This document shows, one piece after another, positions 21,747 through 31,334 of a DNA stretch of 64,000 nt. How positions within the stretch are numbered: position 1 is the first letter of the stretch; every line of letters begins with the position of its first letter. The DNA comes from Acidimicrobiia bacterium (GTDB taxonomy: Bacteria; Actinomycetota; Acidimicrobiia; Spongiisociales; ZC4RG35). The stretch is taken from the NCBI GenBank assembly GCA_036525795.1, contig DATCZS010000112.1:8635-72634 (forward strand), written 5' to 3'. The translations under genes were made by a program, and so were the position numbers. The notes beneath the pieces were generated by a model. The model was not told where the DNA came from. It saw only the letters and a program-made list of their open reading frames with translations, and searched no databases.

Positions 21747-22634
21747 GTGGAGTGGGTCGAAGTCCGGGGAAAGACGATCGAGGTAGCGGTCAGCGCCGCG
21801 CTCGGCGAACTGGGCTTGGAGAGCCCGGAGCAGGCCGACGTGGAGATTCTGCAGGAACCAGAACGGGGATTCCTGGGGATGGGCGGACGCGACGCCATCG
21901 TTCGGGTCAAGCCGCGCGGCCAGCGCAAGCGTCGTCGTCGGCGCAAGCGGGGTGGCGGCGACAATGGAGAACAGCGGAATCGCCCGGCGGAGGGCGGGTC
22001 CGACCAGGCCAAGACAGGAGAACGGGCCCGGAAGGGCTCTCGTCAGCCCGCCTCCGCCGACAAACGCCCCAGCCCGCCCGAACCGCGCGGCGGTGAGCGG
22101 TCGCGCCGGGGCGAGTCACGGAGTGATCGACCGAAGAAGGAGACACCCAAGATGGAGATCGAGGAGCAGGCCCCACTGGTTGAGTCCTTCCTTACCGGTT
22201 TGGTCGACGCCTTTGGGTTGGAGGGCGAGGTATCGGTCCGCGTGGACGACGAGGTCATCGTGGCCGACGTTCGCGGCGCCCAGACCGAAGCGATGGTCGG
22301 CCCGAGGGGCCGTACCATCGAGGCAATTCACGAGTTGACCAAGACGGTTCTGCAGCGCCAGACGCAGTCTTCTGCTCGGCTCCGGCTGGACATCGCCGGC
22401 TACGGTGAGCGCCGGCGGCAGGCCCTGTCGATCTATGCGGATCAGCTGATCAACCAGGTGGCGGGTGAAGGCGGGGAGGTGGTGCTCGAGCCCATGAGTG
22501 CCAGCGATCGCAAGGTGATTCACGACGCCGTGGCGGCGCGACAGGGAGTACGGTCGTACTCGGAGGGCGAAGCCCCCCGTCGCTACGTGGTGATTGCCGC
22601 CACCGAGCCCTCGGGGGTCAGCGAAGAGGAATGA
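21747..22634 (+). CDS. jag: Jag/KhpB-like RNA-binding protein (Jag_N, KH, R3H)
   Basis: GTG start; MEWVEVRGKTIEVAVSAALGELG...; basic low-complexity linker; C-terminal R3H (DRKVIHDAVAARQGVRSYSEGE). Confidence 0.85.
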   Translation: MEWVEVRGKTIEVAVSAALGELGLESPEQADVEILQEPERGFLGMGGRDAIVRVKPRGQRKRRRRRKRGGGDNGEQRNRPAEGGSDQAKTGERARKGSRQPASADKRPSPPEPRGGERSRRGESRSDRPKKETPKMEIEEQAPLVESFLTGLVDAFGLEGEVSVRVDDEVIVADVRGAQTEAMVGPRGRTIEAIHELTKTVLQRQTQSSARLRLDIAGYGERRRQALSIYADQLINQVAGEGGEVVLEPMSASDRKVIHDAVAARQGVRSYSEGEAPRRYVVIAATEPSGVSEEE

Positions 22635-22718
22635 CCCGTCCAGCGGTGACGGTGTGCCAGGAGCCGGGCCCGAGGGCCCGGCTCCTGGCGTTGGGGCAGG
22701 TCTCGGCCGGCGGGCACT

Positions 22719-22732
22719 GTTCCACGTGGAAC
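22719..22732. other. parS-like palindrome GTTCCACGTGGAAC (copy 1)
   Basis: 14-bp perfect palindrome; differs from consensus parS GTTTCACGTGAAAC by one symmetric substitution; ori-proximal, between jag and rsmG. Confidence 0.5.
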
Positions 22733-22755
22733 GTGGGGTCGGTTCGATCGGCGTG

Positions 22756-22769
22756 GTTCCACGTGGAAC
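22756..22769. other. parS-like palindrome GTTCCACGTGGAAC (copy 2)
   Basis: identical to copy 1, 37 bp downstream. Confidence 0.5.
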
Positions 22770-22787
22770 CAGTACTGTGGGGGAACG

Positions 22788-23381
22788 ATGGATGCGGTGC
22801 AACGGGCGGCCGAGTGGGCCGGACTCGCCCTCGATGACGACATGGTCCACCTCCTGGGCCGCTTCGAGGAGTGGTTGCGCGACGAGGCGGTTCCGGCCGG
22901 TGCCCTCGGGCCGGCGGAAGTCGACCGAATCGGCCGGCGTCACGTGGCGGACTCCTTGTGCTTCGCCTCTGCCTGGCGGGGCCTGCCCCCCGAACGGTTG
23001 GCAGACGTCGGTAGTGGCGCAGGGCTTCCCGGTCTCCCCCTCGCCATCACCCACCCCCGGGTCCCGGTCACGCTGATCGAACGCGCCGGACGGAGGGTGA
23101 CGCTGCTGCGCCGCGCCATCCGGGTGCTGGGGTTGGACAACGTCGACGTCGTCTCCGACGATCTCGATCGAGTCGAGTCCCGTTGGCCGGTGGTGGTCAG
23201 TCGGGCAACGATCCCCTGGTCCCAGGCAGACCGTCTCATCCGGTTGCTGGAGCGTCCAGGGACGTTGGTGCTCGGTGGCTCTCACCTGGCGCGTCCGCAG
23301 GTGACCGGGTTCCAGGTGATCGACATCCCACCGGAGATCCTTGCTTCCCCGGCGTGGCTCCTTACAATGGCCCGGCCGTGA
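22788..23381 (+). CDS. rsmG: 16S rRNA (guanine527-N7)-methyltransferase RsmG (GidB)
   Basis: 197 aa; SAM-binding DVGSGAGLPGLPLAI; conserved position before parA. Confidence 0.9.
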   Translation: MDAVQRAAEWAGLALDDDMVHLLGRFEEWLRDEAVPAGALGPAEVDRIGRRHVADSLCFASAWRGLPPERLADVGSGAGLPGLPLAITHPRVPVTLIERAGRRVTLLRRAIRVLGLDNVDVVSDDLDRVESRWPVVVSRATIPWSQADRLIRLLERPGTLVLGGSHLARPQVTGFQVIDIPPEILASPAWLLTMARP

Positions 23382-24160
23382 CCGCCACAATCGTTGCCAT
23401 CGCCAATCAGAAGGGTGGGGTCGGTAAGTCGACCACCGCCATCAATCTCGGAGCAGGTCTCGCCAGCGCCGGACGCAAGGTATTGCTCGTCGATCTCGAC
23501 CCGCAGGGGAACGCCACGTCGGGGATCGGGGTGGATCGATCGGGGATCACGGTGTCGGTGTACGACGTGTTGCTCAAGCAGACCCCGATCGAGGATGCGC
23601 TCGAACCCACCGCCGTTCGTGATCTGCTGGTCGTGCCGGCCACCATCGACCTGGCCGGTGCCGAGATCGAATTGGTCTCCGTTCTCAGCCGGGAGCAGCG
23701 ACTGAAGACCGCGCTGAGCGCCATCGGGGCGGATTTCGACTACATCATCGTCGACTGTCCTCCATCGCTCGGCCTGCTCACCGTGAACGCCTTCACCGCC
23801 GCCGACGAGTTGCTCATACCGATCCAGTGCGAGTACTACGCCCTCGAAGGCTTGTCTCAACTCCTGCGCAACGTGGAACTCGTCCGCAGCAACCTCAATC
23901 CCAAGCTCTCGGTCGGTGGGGTGGTGCTCACCATGTACGACGGCCGCACCCGATTGGCCAAAGAGGTCTCGGCCCAGGTGCGGGCTCATTTCGGGGACGC
24001 CACGTATCGGGCGGTCATTCCCCGTTCGGTCCGGCTGTCCGAGGCACCTTCGTACGGGGAGCCGATCGAGTCGTTCGATCCGATGAGCAGGGGTGGAATC
24101 GCCTACCGGGAGCTGTCCCGGGAGTTTCTGCGACGGCACGAAGGAGACGACATCAGATGA
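23378..24160 (+). CDS. parA: chromosome partitioning ATPase ParA (Soj)
   Basis: GTG start overlapping the rsmG stop (GTGA); deviant Walker A IANQKGGVGKSTTAINL. Confidence 0.9.
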   Translation: MTATIVAIANQKGGVGKSTTAINLGAGLASAGRKVLLVDLDPQGNATSGIGVDRSGITVSVYDVLLKQTPIEDALEPTAVRDLLVVPATIDLAGAEIELVSVLSREQRLKTALSAIGADFDYIIVDCPPSLGLLTVNAFTAADELLIPIQCEYYALEGLSQLLRNVELVRSNLNPKLSVGGVVLTMYDGRTRLAKEVSAQVRAHFGDATYRAVIPRSVRLSEAPSYGEPIESFDPMSRGGIAYRELSREFLRRHEGDDIR

Positions 24161-24999
24161 ATGCTCGACGTGGTGGCCTGGGCCGGGGGTTGGACGCCTT
24201 GATACCGGCGGGGCCGGCCACCGGGGCGTTCCGGATGATCGAAATCGCCGACATCGCTCCCAACCCGCAGCAGCCGCGGGCCCGATTCGACGACGAGGCG
24301 ATCGCCACCCTGGCCGATTCGATCGCAGAACTGGGCATCCTCCAACCGCTGATCGTCACCGAGCTGGAGGACGGGGGCTATGCCCTGGTGGCGGGAGAAC
24401 GTCGCTGGCGAGCAGCCAAGCGGGCCGGACTGACCGAGGTCCCGGCCATGGTCCGAACCGTCGACGACGAACGGTCGCTGACCGAAGCGTTGGTGGAGAA
24501 TCTCCAGCGGCAGGATCTCACCCCCATGGAGGAAGCCGCCGCCTACAACCAACTCCTGGAAGATTTTGGATTGACACACGAAGAGGTGGGGCGCCGGGTG
24601 GGGAAGAGCCGGGCGACGGTGACCAACACCCTGCGTTTGCTCCAACTCCCGGCCAGCATTCAGGGAATGGTCGACCGGGGAGAACTCGCGTTCGGACACG
24701 CTCGTGCCCTGGTGGCGCTCGAGGACCGCACGTACGCCGAGCACATCGCCGGGCGGGCGGTGGAGGAGGGATGGAGCGTGCGTCAGGTGGAAGAGGCGGT
24801 GCGGGTGCGAACCCAGCCGGCGCCTCCACCACCGGTGGTGCGCGAGGTCCGCCCGGTCGAGATCATCGAGTTGGAGCAGCGCCTGACCGACCGCCTGCAG
24901 TCGAAGGTCAAGATCGCCTACCGATCCAACAAAGGGAAGATAGAGATCCGATTTACGTCACTTGACGATTTAGAACGGATCTACCGGACGTTCTTCTGA
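24157..24999 (+). CDS. parB: chromosome partitioning protein ParB (Spo0J)
   Basis: ATG overlapping the parA stop (ATGA); MNARRGGLGRGLDALIP, ParB box GERRWRAA, HTH region. Confidence 0.9.
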   Translation: MNARRGGLGRGLDALIPAGPATGAFRMIEIADIAPNPQQPRARFDDEAIATLADSIAELGILQPLIVTELEDGGYALVAGERRWRAAKRAGLTEVPAMVRTVDDERSLTEALVENLQRQDLTPMEEAAAYNQLLEDFGLTHEEVGRRVGKSRATVTNTLRLLQLPASIQGMVDRGELAFGHARALVALEDRTYAEHIAGRAVEEGWSVRQVEEAVRVRTQPAPPPPVVREVRPVEIIELEQRLTDRLQSKVKIAYRSNKGKIEIRFTSLDDLERIYRTFF

Positions 25000-25057
25000 G
25001 CTGAGTCCTGAGTCCTGAGTCCTGAGTCGGCCGGGGGAGTGGCGCCGGCGGAGAGCC

Positions 25058-25104
25058 ATCCACACGTGTGGAAACATCTGGGTAGAACTACATCGACGTA
25101 GTTC
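25058..25104. terminator. two hairpins between convergent parB and the amidase gene: palindrome TCCACACGTGTGGAA (25059-25073) and GAACTAC-N6-GTAGTTC (25085-25104)
   Basis: read directly; first element shares its 16-bp core with 411-426. Confidence 0.35.
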
Positions 25105-25197
25105 ACGGCCAGTCCGCTGCCTGGACGCTCGGCGCTTGCCATACCGTGTCGGATCCAATGCGTCCCTCTGGGGACTCGAGACTTGCGACTGGATCTC

Positions 25198-26157
25198 TCA
25201 GCTCGGGTTGCTGGCAAATTCTTCCAGAATTTGGATCACCTTGCGGCCGAGGGCATCGTCGATGTCGTGGCGGTGGATGACCACGGCGGGAGCCCTCGTC
25301 TCTCGGAGGATGGCCGTGGCGCGGCCCTCCGACGCGCCGCCCAGTTGGGCCGAGAGATGGGCGGCGAGACTCCGGCCCACCTCGCTCTCTCCCGTCTGCG
25401 CCGAGAAGAAGTAGACCGAGTCGTCTTCCTCCACGCCGAGCTCGAAGGAGATCACGAGGTCGGCAGCATTGCGATTGGAGCGCCGGGCGCGTACCCGCTC
25501 CGGCAACACCTCGTCGGCGCTGCGGGAGATGAGCGGAATACCCCCGCGCTCCTGCAGTTCGATCGCGGCAGCGTTGGCGGCGCCCCATGCCCTGCCCGCC
25601 TCATCGGGGGTGCGGCTGGCGGCGTCGAGCAGCACCCGCGTCCCGACCAGGCCGCCGCCGAGTGATCTGAGCCACTCGCGTTCGCGCACCATCTGCCTCC
25701 CGGCCCGGATCGGACCGCGCGACACGAGGCGGATCTCGGTGATCACCTCCGGCCCTGCCATCCCGTCTTCGGCCAGTCCCCGGTTGCGCTGGAAGTCGAG
25801 GATGGCCCGTTCGGTGTCGGGACCGAAGATGGCGTCCGGCTTGCCTGCGTCGAATCCGAGGCTGTTGAGCCGTGACTGCAACTCGCCGACGTCTTCTCCG
25901 CGAAGCATTGGACGGCGGAGATAGAGCAGCCGGTCGCCGAGGCGGTAGCCGGCTTCGTAGAGCGAGCGCCAGGTCTCGGGGCCGACGATGGCGTCGGGCG
26001 TGAGTCCGCGGGCGCGCTGGAACTCGATGACAGCGGATCGGGTGGTGTCTCCGTACTCACCGCGCGGGTCGGCTTCGCAGCTGAAGCCCAACGCGGAAAG
26101 CCGATCCTGGATGTCTCGGACCGGCTCTCCGGAATCACCGAGACGGTAGAGCCGCAT
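25198..26157 (-). CDS. cwlM: N-acetylmuramoyl-L-alanine amidase with two N-terminal peptidoglycan-binding domains (CwlM-like)
   Basis: two PG_binding_1-like repeats (GEPVRDIQDRLSALGF...; GEDVGELQSRLNSLGF...) plus Amidase_3 C-terminal region; position after trxB-trxA as for Rv3915. Confidence 0.8.
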   Translation of the reverse strand: MRLYRLGDSGEPVRDIQDRLSALGFSCEADPRGEYGDTTRSAVIEFQRARGLTPDAIVGPETWRSLYEAGYRLGDRLLYLRRPMLRGEDVGELQSRLNSLGFDAGKPDAIFGPDTERAILDFQRNRGLAEDGMAGPEVITEIRLVSRGPIRAGRQMVREREWLRSLGGGLVGTRVLLDAASRTPDEAGRAWGAANAAAIELQERGGIPLISRSADEVLPERVRARRSNRNAADLVISFELGVEEDDSVYFFSAQTGESEVGRSLAAHLSAQLGGASEGRATAILRETRAPAVVIHRHDIDDALGRKVIQILEEFASNPS

Positions 26158-26184
26158 GGCTCCATCGTCTCACAACGGCGGTGT

Positions 26185-26511
26185 TCAGGCGAGGTACTCG
26201 GAGAGCTCTTGCACCAACTGGTGCTTTGGGCGGGCTCCGACGATGCGCTTCTTCTCGACCCCGTCCTTGAACAGGATCAGCGTGGGGATGCTCATCACGT
26301 CGAACGAGGCGGGAGCCTGAGGGTTCTCGTCGATGTTGAGCTTGCCGATGGTGAGGCTGTCCGAGTGCTCTGCGGCGATCTCTTCCAGCACGGGCGCAAC
26401 CATGCGACACGGTCCGCACCACTCGGCCCAGAAGTCGACGAGGATCGGTCGATCACTGCCGATCGCTTCTTGGAACGTGGTGTCGGTGAGCGTGGTCAGG
26501 TTGTCTGCCAT
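26185..26511 (-). CDS. trxA: thioredoxin
   Basis: start at MADNLTTLTD; WCGPC active site; 108 aa. Confidence 0.92.
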   Translation of the reverse strand: MADNLTTLTDTTFQEAIGSDRPILVDFWAEWCGPCRMVAPVLEEIAAEHSDSLTIGKLNIDENPQAPASFDVMSIPTLILFKDGVEKKRIVGARPKHQLVQELSEYLA

Positions 26512-26560
26512 GAGTTCTCCTATGATCCTGTTCCCGGTCCCAACCGCGTCGAGGCGCTGT

Positions 26561-27487
26561 TCATTCCAGCTCGGCCAGGAAGTGCTGGGCGTCGAGCGCC
26601 GCCTGACATCCGGATCCGGCGGCGGTGATGGCCTGGCGGTAGACCTTATCGGCCACGTCCCCGGCGGCAAAGACCCCTTCGATCGATGTGGCGGTGGTTG
26701 GTCCGGAGTGGATGACGTATCCGGTCTTGTCGAGGTCGATCTGACCGCCGAAGATCTCGGTGTTCGGCCGGTGACCGATGGCGACGAAGACCCCGTCCGT
26801 TCGAACCGGGCGTTGCTCGCCGTTGGTCGTGTCCTCCAATACGGCGCCGGTGACCTCGTCCTCGCCGAGGATCTCGACCACCCGGGCGTTCCAGATGACG
26901 TCGATCTTCGGGTGGTCCAGGGCCCGTGCGGCCATGATCGCCGAAGCCCTGAACTCGTCGCGCCGGTGCACGATCGTCACCTTGGAGGCGAACTTCGTCA
27001 GGAACAGCGCCTCCTCCATCGCGGAGTCCCCGCCCCCGACCACGATCAGCTCCTTGTCCCGGAAGAAGAAGCCGTCACAGGTGGCACACGCCGACACCCC
27101 GCGCCCGGTGAGCCGCTCCTCGCCCGGGACCCCCAGCCACACGGCGGACGCACCTGTCGCGATGATGACGCTCTTCGCCCGGTACTGGTCGGCGCCGACG
27201 TTCACCGTGAACGGACGCTGGGAGAAGTCCACCTCGGTGACGTCGGTGGTGACGAGGCGGGCACCGAAGTGATCCGCCTGCTTGCGAAACCGGTCCATGA
27301 GTTCGGGGCCCATGATCCCGTCGGGAAAGCCCGGGTAGTTCTCCACGTCGGTGGTGATCATCAGCTGCCCGCCAGACTGGCTGCCCTCGAACACGAGAGG
27401 TTCGAGATCGGCCCGTGCTGCGTAGAGGGCTGCGGTGTACCCGGCCGGGCCGCTGCCGATGATGATGACGTTCTCGACGGTGTTCAT
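26561..27487 (-). CDS. trxB: thioredoxin-disulfide reductase
   Basis: [25 protein letters not shown]; redox CATCDG; 308 aa. Confidence 0.95.
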   Translation of the reverse strand: MNTVENVIIIGSGPAGYTAALYAARADLEPLVFEGSQSGGQLMITTDVENYPGFPDGIMGPELMDRFRKQADHFGARLVTTDVTEVDFSQRPFTVNVGADQYRAKSVIIATGASAVWLGVPGEERLTGRGVSACATCDGFFFRDKELIVVGGGDSAMEEALFLTKFASKVTIVHRRDEFRASAIMAARALDHPKIDVIWNARVVEILGEDEVTGAVLEDTTNGEQRPVRTDGVFVAIGHRPNTEIFGGQIDLDKTGYVIHSGPTTATSIEGVFAAGDVADKVYRQAITAAGSGCQAALDAQHFLAELE

Positions 27488-27771
27488 GCCTGATCCTCGG
27501 GTTCGGAAATGCGCTTCCGCCAGGCAAACACCCCGCCGGCTGCGAATAGTCCCGCCAGGACCCCGTACGCCCCCGCGTCGGTGAGAGGGACGGCGAGGGC
27601 TCCGTGGAGGGTCATGAAGAGGAACACCAGCGCCATCAGGGCCAGCACCGAGAGGGGCAGGGCGAGGGAGAGGATGGTGAGCGCCTTCGCCGCCCGATCG
27701 ACGGTGAGCGATCGGACTTTGAGGGCGAAGTTCTCGAGGAGGTCGGCAAAACGGGCCGCGAAGTCGTCCAT
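27484..27771 (-). CDS. small two-TM membrane protein (holin-X/DUF-like), hypothetical
   Basis: start at [15 protein letters not shown]; two hydrophobic helices; overlaps the trxB start by 4 nt. Confidence 0.45.
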   Translation of the reverse strand: MDDFAARFADLLENFALKVRSLTVDRAAKALTILSLALPLSVLALMALVFLFMTLHGALAVPLTDAGAYGVLAGLFAAGGVFAWRKRISEPEDQA

Positions 27772-27805
27772 GTTCACGATGGTAGTGACCGGGGACGCCG
27801 AGAGG

Positions 27806-28606
27806 TCAGCCGAGATCGGCCGGCTCACAGGTGTCGGTCCACAACGCCCTGGGAGTCGGGTCGCCGTCGAAGACGACGGCGATCGGTCTTCCGTCGACCT
27901 CGGCCACCAGGACGAGAGGAGTGAGGGGATCGAGCTCGCACCGTGCCAGCAGGAGGGAGCGCTCCTTCGCCGATTCGTCGGCCAGGTCCTCGGACGGCGC
28001 GACCGTCGTTCCGTCGCCCACTGCGAGGGAGGAATCGACCTGGCCAGAGAGGCGCTCCTCGATCGCACGGTTCAACGTGGCCATGTCGACTGCGCCCAGG
28101 TCGACCGTCTGGGGACTCGCCACCGGCGCCGCCGCCGCCGCGGTGTCTGCGCCCGCCAGTTCGGCGGCCTCGCTGCCGGCCTCCATGGTGGCATCGGAGG
28201 CGGCCGCCTCGGTCGCCAACTCCTCACCGGCGAGACTGTCCTGAGCGGTTGGCCCCATCCGGCCGAGCACCCCTACCAGGCCGACGCCGACGACGGCGAC
28301 TGCGGCCACCGCCGCCACTCGCAACCCGACGCGTTCCCACCATCCGCGGGATCGGAATTCGACCACCCGCACGTCCGATGGGGCGCCGTCTCCCACCGCA
28401 GCGAGCACCTCTCGATGCAGCCGGGCTCGCTCGAGGTCGTTCAGCGAGACCGGCGGAAGATCGCGAAGCGCAGCCAGCGCCGCCTGCTGCGCGATGAACT
28501 CGGCGGCGCAGAGGGCGCACGACGACACGAGCCGTTCCGCCTCCCCTGTGTCCGAAAGGGAGCCGTCGGCGTACGAAGCGATCAGATCGAGATCGTGGTC
28601 ATGCAT
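27806..28606 (-). CDS. anti-sigma factor (membrane-spanning, Cys-containing N-terminal domain)
   Basis: MHDHDLDLIASYADGSLSD...CALCAAEF (zinc-finger anti-sigma-like), central TM helix, Ala-rich extracytoplasmic region; overlaps the sigma gene stop by 8 nt. Confidence 0.7.
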   Translation of the reverse strand: MHDHDLDLIASYADGSLSDTGEAERLVSSCALCAAEFIAQQAALAALRDLPPVSLNDLERARLHREVLAAVGDGAPSDVRVVEFRSRGWWERVGLRVAAVAAVAVVGVGLVGVLGRMGPTAQDSLAGEELATEAAASDATMEAGSEAAELAGADTAAAAAPVASPQTVDLGAVDMATLNRAIEERLSGQVDSSLAVGDGTTVAPSEDLADESAKERSLLLARCELDPLTPLVLVAEVDGRPIAVVFDGDPTPRALWTDTCEPADLG

Positions 28607-29174
28607 CTTCGGTCCTTGGACGCGCCGGAGGGGGGTTCAGGTTCCCGAGTTGTTCGGCGAGCAGCCGGCGAGCGCGAAATACCCTCGATTTCACGGTTCC
28701 GACGGGCACCCCGAGGATCTCGGCGACGTCGGCGAGGGGAAGCCCGTGGGCGTCGGCCAGGATCACCGCCGCCCGGAATTCTTCGGGGATGCGGCCGAGC
28801 GCAGCAGCGATGTCACCCCTGACGTCGATCGCGTCGAGGGCGTCGTCGGTGGAGTGATCGGCGGGGTCGTGATGCTCCGGCAGGGGGTCGGCGGCGCGCC
28901 GGCGTGCCTTGCGCTGGAGGTCGAAGCACGTGTTCGTCGCCACGCGGTACAGCCATGTGCTCAGCGCCGACTCACCCCGAAACCGGTCCGCCTTGCGGAA
29001 CAGCGTGATGAATGTCTCCTGGGTGGCGTCGAGTGCGAGATCGCGATTCCCCATGAGGCGCAGACACACGGCGAAGACCATGTCCTCGTGCCGGCGCATG
29101 AGCTCTGTGAAGGCAGCCCGATCGCCCGCTGCCACCCGAGCGACCAGCTCCTGATCGGAGACGAGATCGCTCAT
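28599..29174 (-). CDS. ECF (sigma-70 family) RNA polymerase sigma factor, SigM-like by synteny
   Basis: regions 2 and 4 (ETFITLFRKADRFRGESALSTWLYRVATN...; VAEILGVPVGTVKSRVFRAR). Confidence 0.9.
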   Translation of the reverse strand: MSDLVSDQELVARVAAGDRAAFTELMRRHEDMVFAVCLRLMGNRDLALDATQETFITLFRKADRFRGESALSTWLYRVATNTCFDLQRKARRRAADPLPEHHDPADHSTDDALDAIDVRGDIAAALGRIPEEFRAAVILADAHGLPLADVAEILGVPVGTVKSRVFRARRLLAEQLGNLNPPPARPRTEDA

Positions 29175-30499
29175 GCCCGGAAGCGTACCTCGGCGATCTG
29201 GGCGGAGTGGTCTTCATCGCCCTGCCTCGGCAGGTCGGTCAGCCACACCACCCAGCTGCCGCCGGGACGGAGAGGAAGCTGGTGCGACGCGAATCCCCCC
29301 GCAGACCGGGCGCGCACGACGACATCCCAGGTCGCAGGGTCCGGAGTCTCGGAGGTCGACCACGCCACCTGATAGGCGACCCCCGGGGTGAATCCGCTCA
29401 GCTGGATCTGGGTGGGGGACCCGTCGACCCGGAACACGATGCCCACCCCCGGCTTCAGAAGAGAGAGCGGGTCGCGATAGGTCTCCGTGCGCCAGAAGGT
29501 CGACGAGTCGCCGTCGGTCAGTTCCGGGAGGCGCTGGTCGTTCTCGCCTCCGCCACCGAACGGATCCACCGTCGCCTCGGCGACGGCGTCGAGAAGGGCG
29601 GTGGCGGGGACGGGGCCGACGACCGGCCCGCTCGGCGGGGCTGTGGTGGTCGATGCCACCGAGGATGGGGGAGTCGACGCCTGGGTGCTCTCCGGGAGCC
29701 GCAGCGCGCTGTCCGCCCCTGCGAGCAGGAGCCGGCCCAGGCCGATCAGTCCGAGGGCGACGAGGACGAGGGCGGCGGCGAGGATCATGAACCGGCGCGA
29801 CCATCCACCCGACTCGACCGCGGGAGGGCTGGGGGAGGGGGTGGCGAGCAGTTCTTCGGCCAGGACCCGCGCCGACACGGTGCCCGACTGCGCCGCCCGG
29901 AGGATCGCGTCCACGGACGGGTGCAGGCCGTCGACGATCTCGGAGGGTCCGGGGCCACCGGCGGGGGCACCGGTGAGCGCCTCCTCGAGGACCCGGCCGA
30001 GCGCCGCCACGTCGTCCGCCGGCGCGACGGATGCGCGGTCGGTCCGTCTTCCGAACGCCCCCAGCTTCGCCGGATGTGCGATGGCGTAGAAGATCGCCCC
30101 GGCATCGATCTTTCCGTGGACCACGCCGTTCTCGTGGAGGCCGGAGAGCGCAGAGGCGAGTCCGGCCGCATTGGGGAGGAACTCGAAGACATCGATCGTG
30201 TCCCTCGACTCGAGGCGGTCGGCGAGGGTCATGCCGCCTCCCCAGTCGGTCACGGCGAATGCCCCGTCGGGGATCTCGCCTGCGGTGAACACCGATGCCA
30301 GATGGGGGTGATTCACCCGGGCCGCCGACCGAACCGCCTCCAGGAACTCGGTGCGGCGCCCGGAACTCGAGTCGGGTCCGAGCAGGCGGATCAACACCGG
30401 GCGGTCGAGCGACTCGTCTGTGCCGAGCCACTCCTCGATGTCGCCGTCGCGGCCGAGGCGGATCTCCAGGCGGTAGCGATCGGGAATGGGAGGCGGCAT
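29171..30499 (-). CDS. pseudokinase - TM - extracellular domain protein resembling the C-terminal module of mycobacterial MviN (no MurJ domain)
   Basis: degenerate kinase fold (no GxGxxG, VLIRLL in place of VAIKVL, no HRD); TM FMILAAALVLVALGLIGL; extracellular domain with DGDSSTFWRTE; stop overlaps the sigma start. Confidence 0.7.
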   Translation of the reverse strand: MPPPIPDRYRLEIRLGRDGDIEEWLGTDESLDRPVLIRLLGPDSSSGRRTEFLEAVRSAARVNHPHLASVFTAGEIPDGAFAVTDWGGGMTLADRLESRDTIDVFEFLPNAAGLASALSGLHENGVVHGKIDAGAIFYAIAHPAKLGAFGRRTDRASVAPADDVAALGRVLEEALTGAPAGGPGPSEIVDGLHPSVDAILRAAQSGTVSARVLAEELLATPSPSPPAVESGGWSRRFMILAAALVLVALGLIGLGRLLLAGADSALRLPESTQASTPPSSVASTTTAPPSGPVVGPVPATALLDAVAEATVDPFGGGGENDQRLPELTDGDSSTFWRTETYRDPLSLLKPGVGIVFRVDGSPTQIQLSGFTPGVAYQVAWSTSETPDPATWDVVVRARSAGGFASHQLPLRPGGSWVVWLTDLPRQGDEDHSAQIAEVRFRA

Positions 30500-30503
30500 C
30501 GCG

Positions 30504-31334
30504 TCACGCCAACCGGTAGGCCACCCCCAGCGTGCCGGGACCGGAGTGGGTTCCGACCACCGGGCCGAGCTGGGAGACGATGGGGGTGCGGCCGGGAAGG
30601 ACACCGGCGATCGATTCAACGAACGGCTCGACGTCGGCGGCGTCTCCGTGGAGGACGGCCACCTCGACGATCCGGTCGGCGCGATCGCGCACGTGGGCAT
30701 TGAGGGCGTGCTTGGCCTTGGATCTGGTTCGGACCCTCCCCGCCGCGTTGACCACCCCGTCCTCGACCGCGATCAGCGGCTTGATGTCGAGCAGCGAGCC
30801 GACAAGCGCCTGCGCACCGCCGATCCGCCCTCCCCGCTTCAGGAACTCGAGTGTCTGCAGCGCTGCCAGGACGTGTGTCCCGTCTGCGGCGTCCACCGCC
30901 GCCGCCACGACCGCGGCGAGGTCGCCCCCGGCGGAAGCCGCCCGGGCTGCAGCGAGCACCGGGAGGCCGAGTCCCATGGACACCGTCCGCGAGTCGAGGA
31001 CCTTGATCGGGTATCCGAGCTGTTCGGCCGCGATCACAGCGGATTGGTAGGTCCCTGACAGTTGACCCGAGAGCGTCAGGGCGACGACGCCTGTGGCCCC
31101 GCCTTCGAAGAGGTTCTGGAAGGCCTGGAGGAAGCTACCGGCGCTGGGGGCGGCGGTCTCGGGAAGCTGGTCGGACGACCGCAGTTTCCTCCAGAAGTCT
31201 CCGGGTCCGAGGTCGCGGCCGTCGACGTACTCGTCTGATCCGAACCGGATCGTGAGAGGGACCACCTCGAGGCCGTACTGGTCCACCAGCGCCGGTGGGA
31301 GGTCGCACGACGAGTCGGTGACGATGCGAATCAC
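30504..31334 (-). CDS. DegV family fatty-acid-binding protein
   Basis: GTG start; IRIVTDSSCDLPPALVDQYGLEVVPL...; 277 aa. Confidence 0.85.
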   Translation of the reverse strand: MIRIVTDSSCDLPPALVDQYGLEVVPLTIRFGSDEYVDGRDLGPGDFWRKLRSSDQLPETAAPSAGSFLQAFQNLFEGGATGVVALTLSGQLSGTYQSAVIAAEQLGYPIKVLDSRTVSMGLGLPVLAAARAASAGGDLAAVVAAAVDAADGTHVLAALQTLEFLKRGGRIGGAQALVGSLLDIKPLIAVEDGVVNAAGRVRTRSKAKHALNAHVRDRADRIVEVAVLHGDAADVEPFVESIAGVLPGRTPIVSQLGPVVGTHSGPGTLGVAYRLA

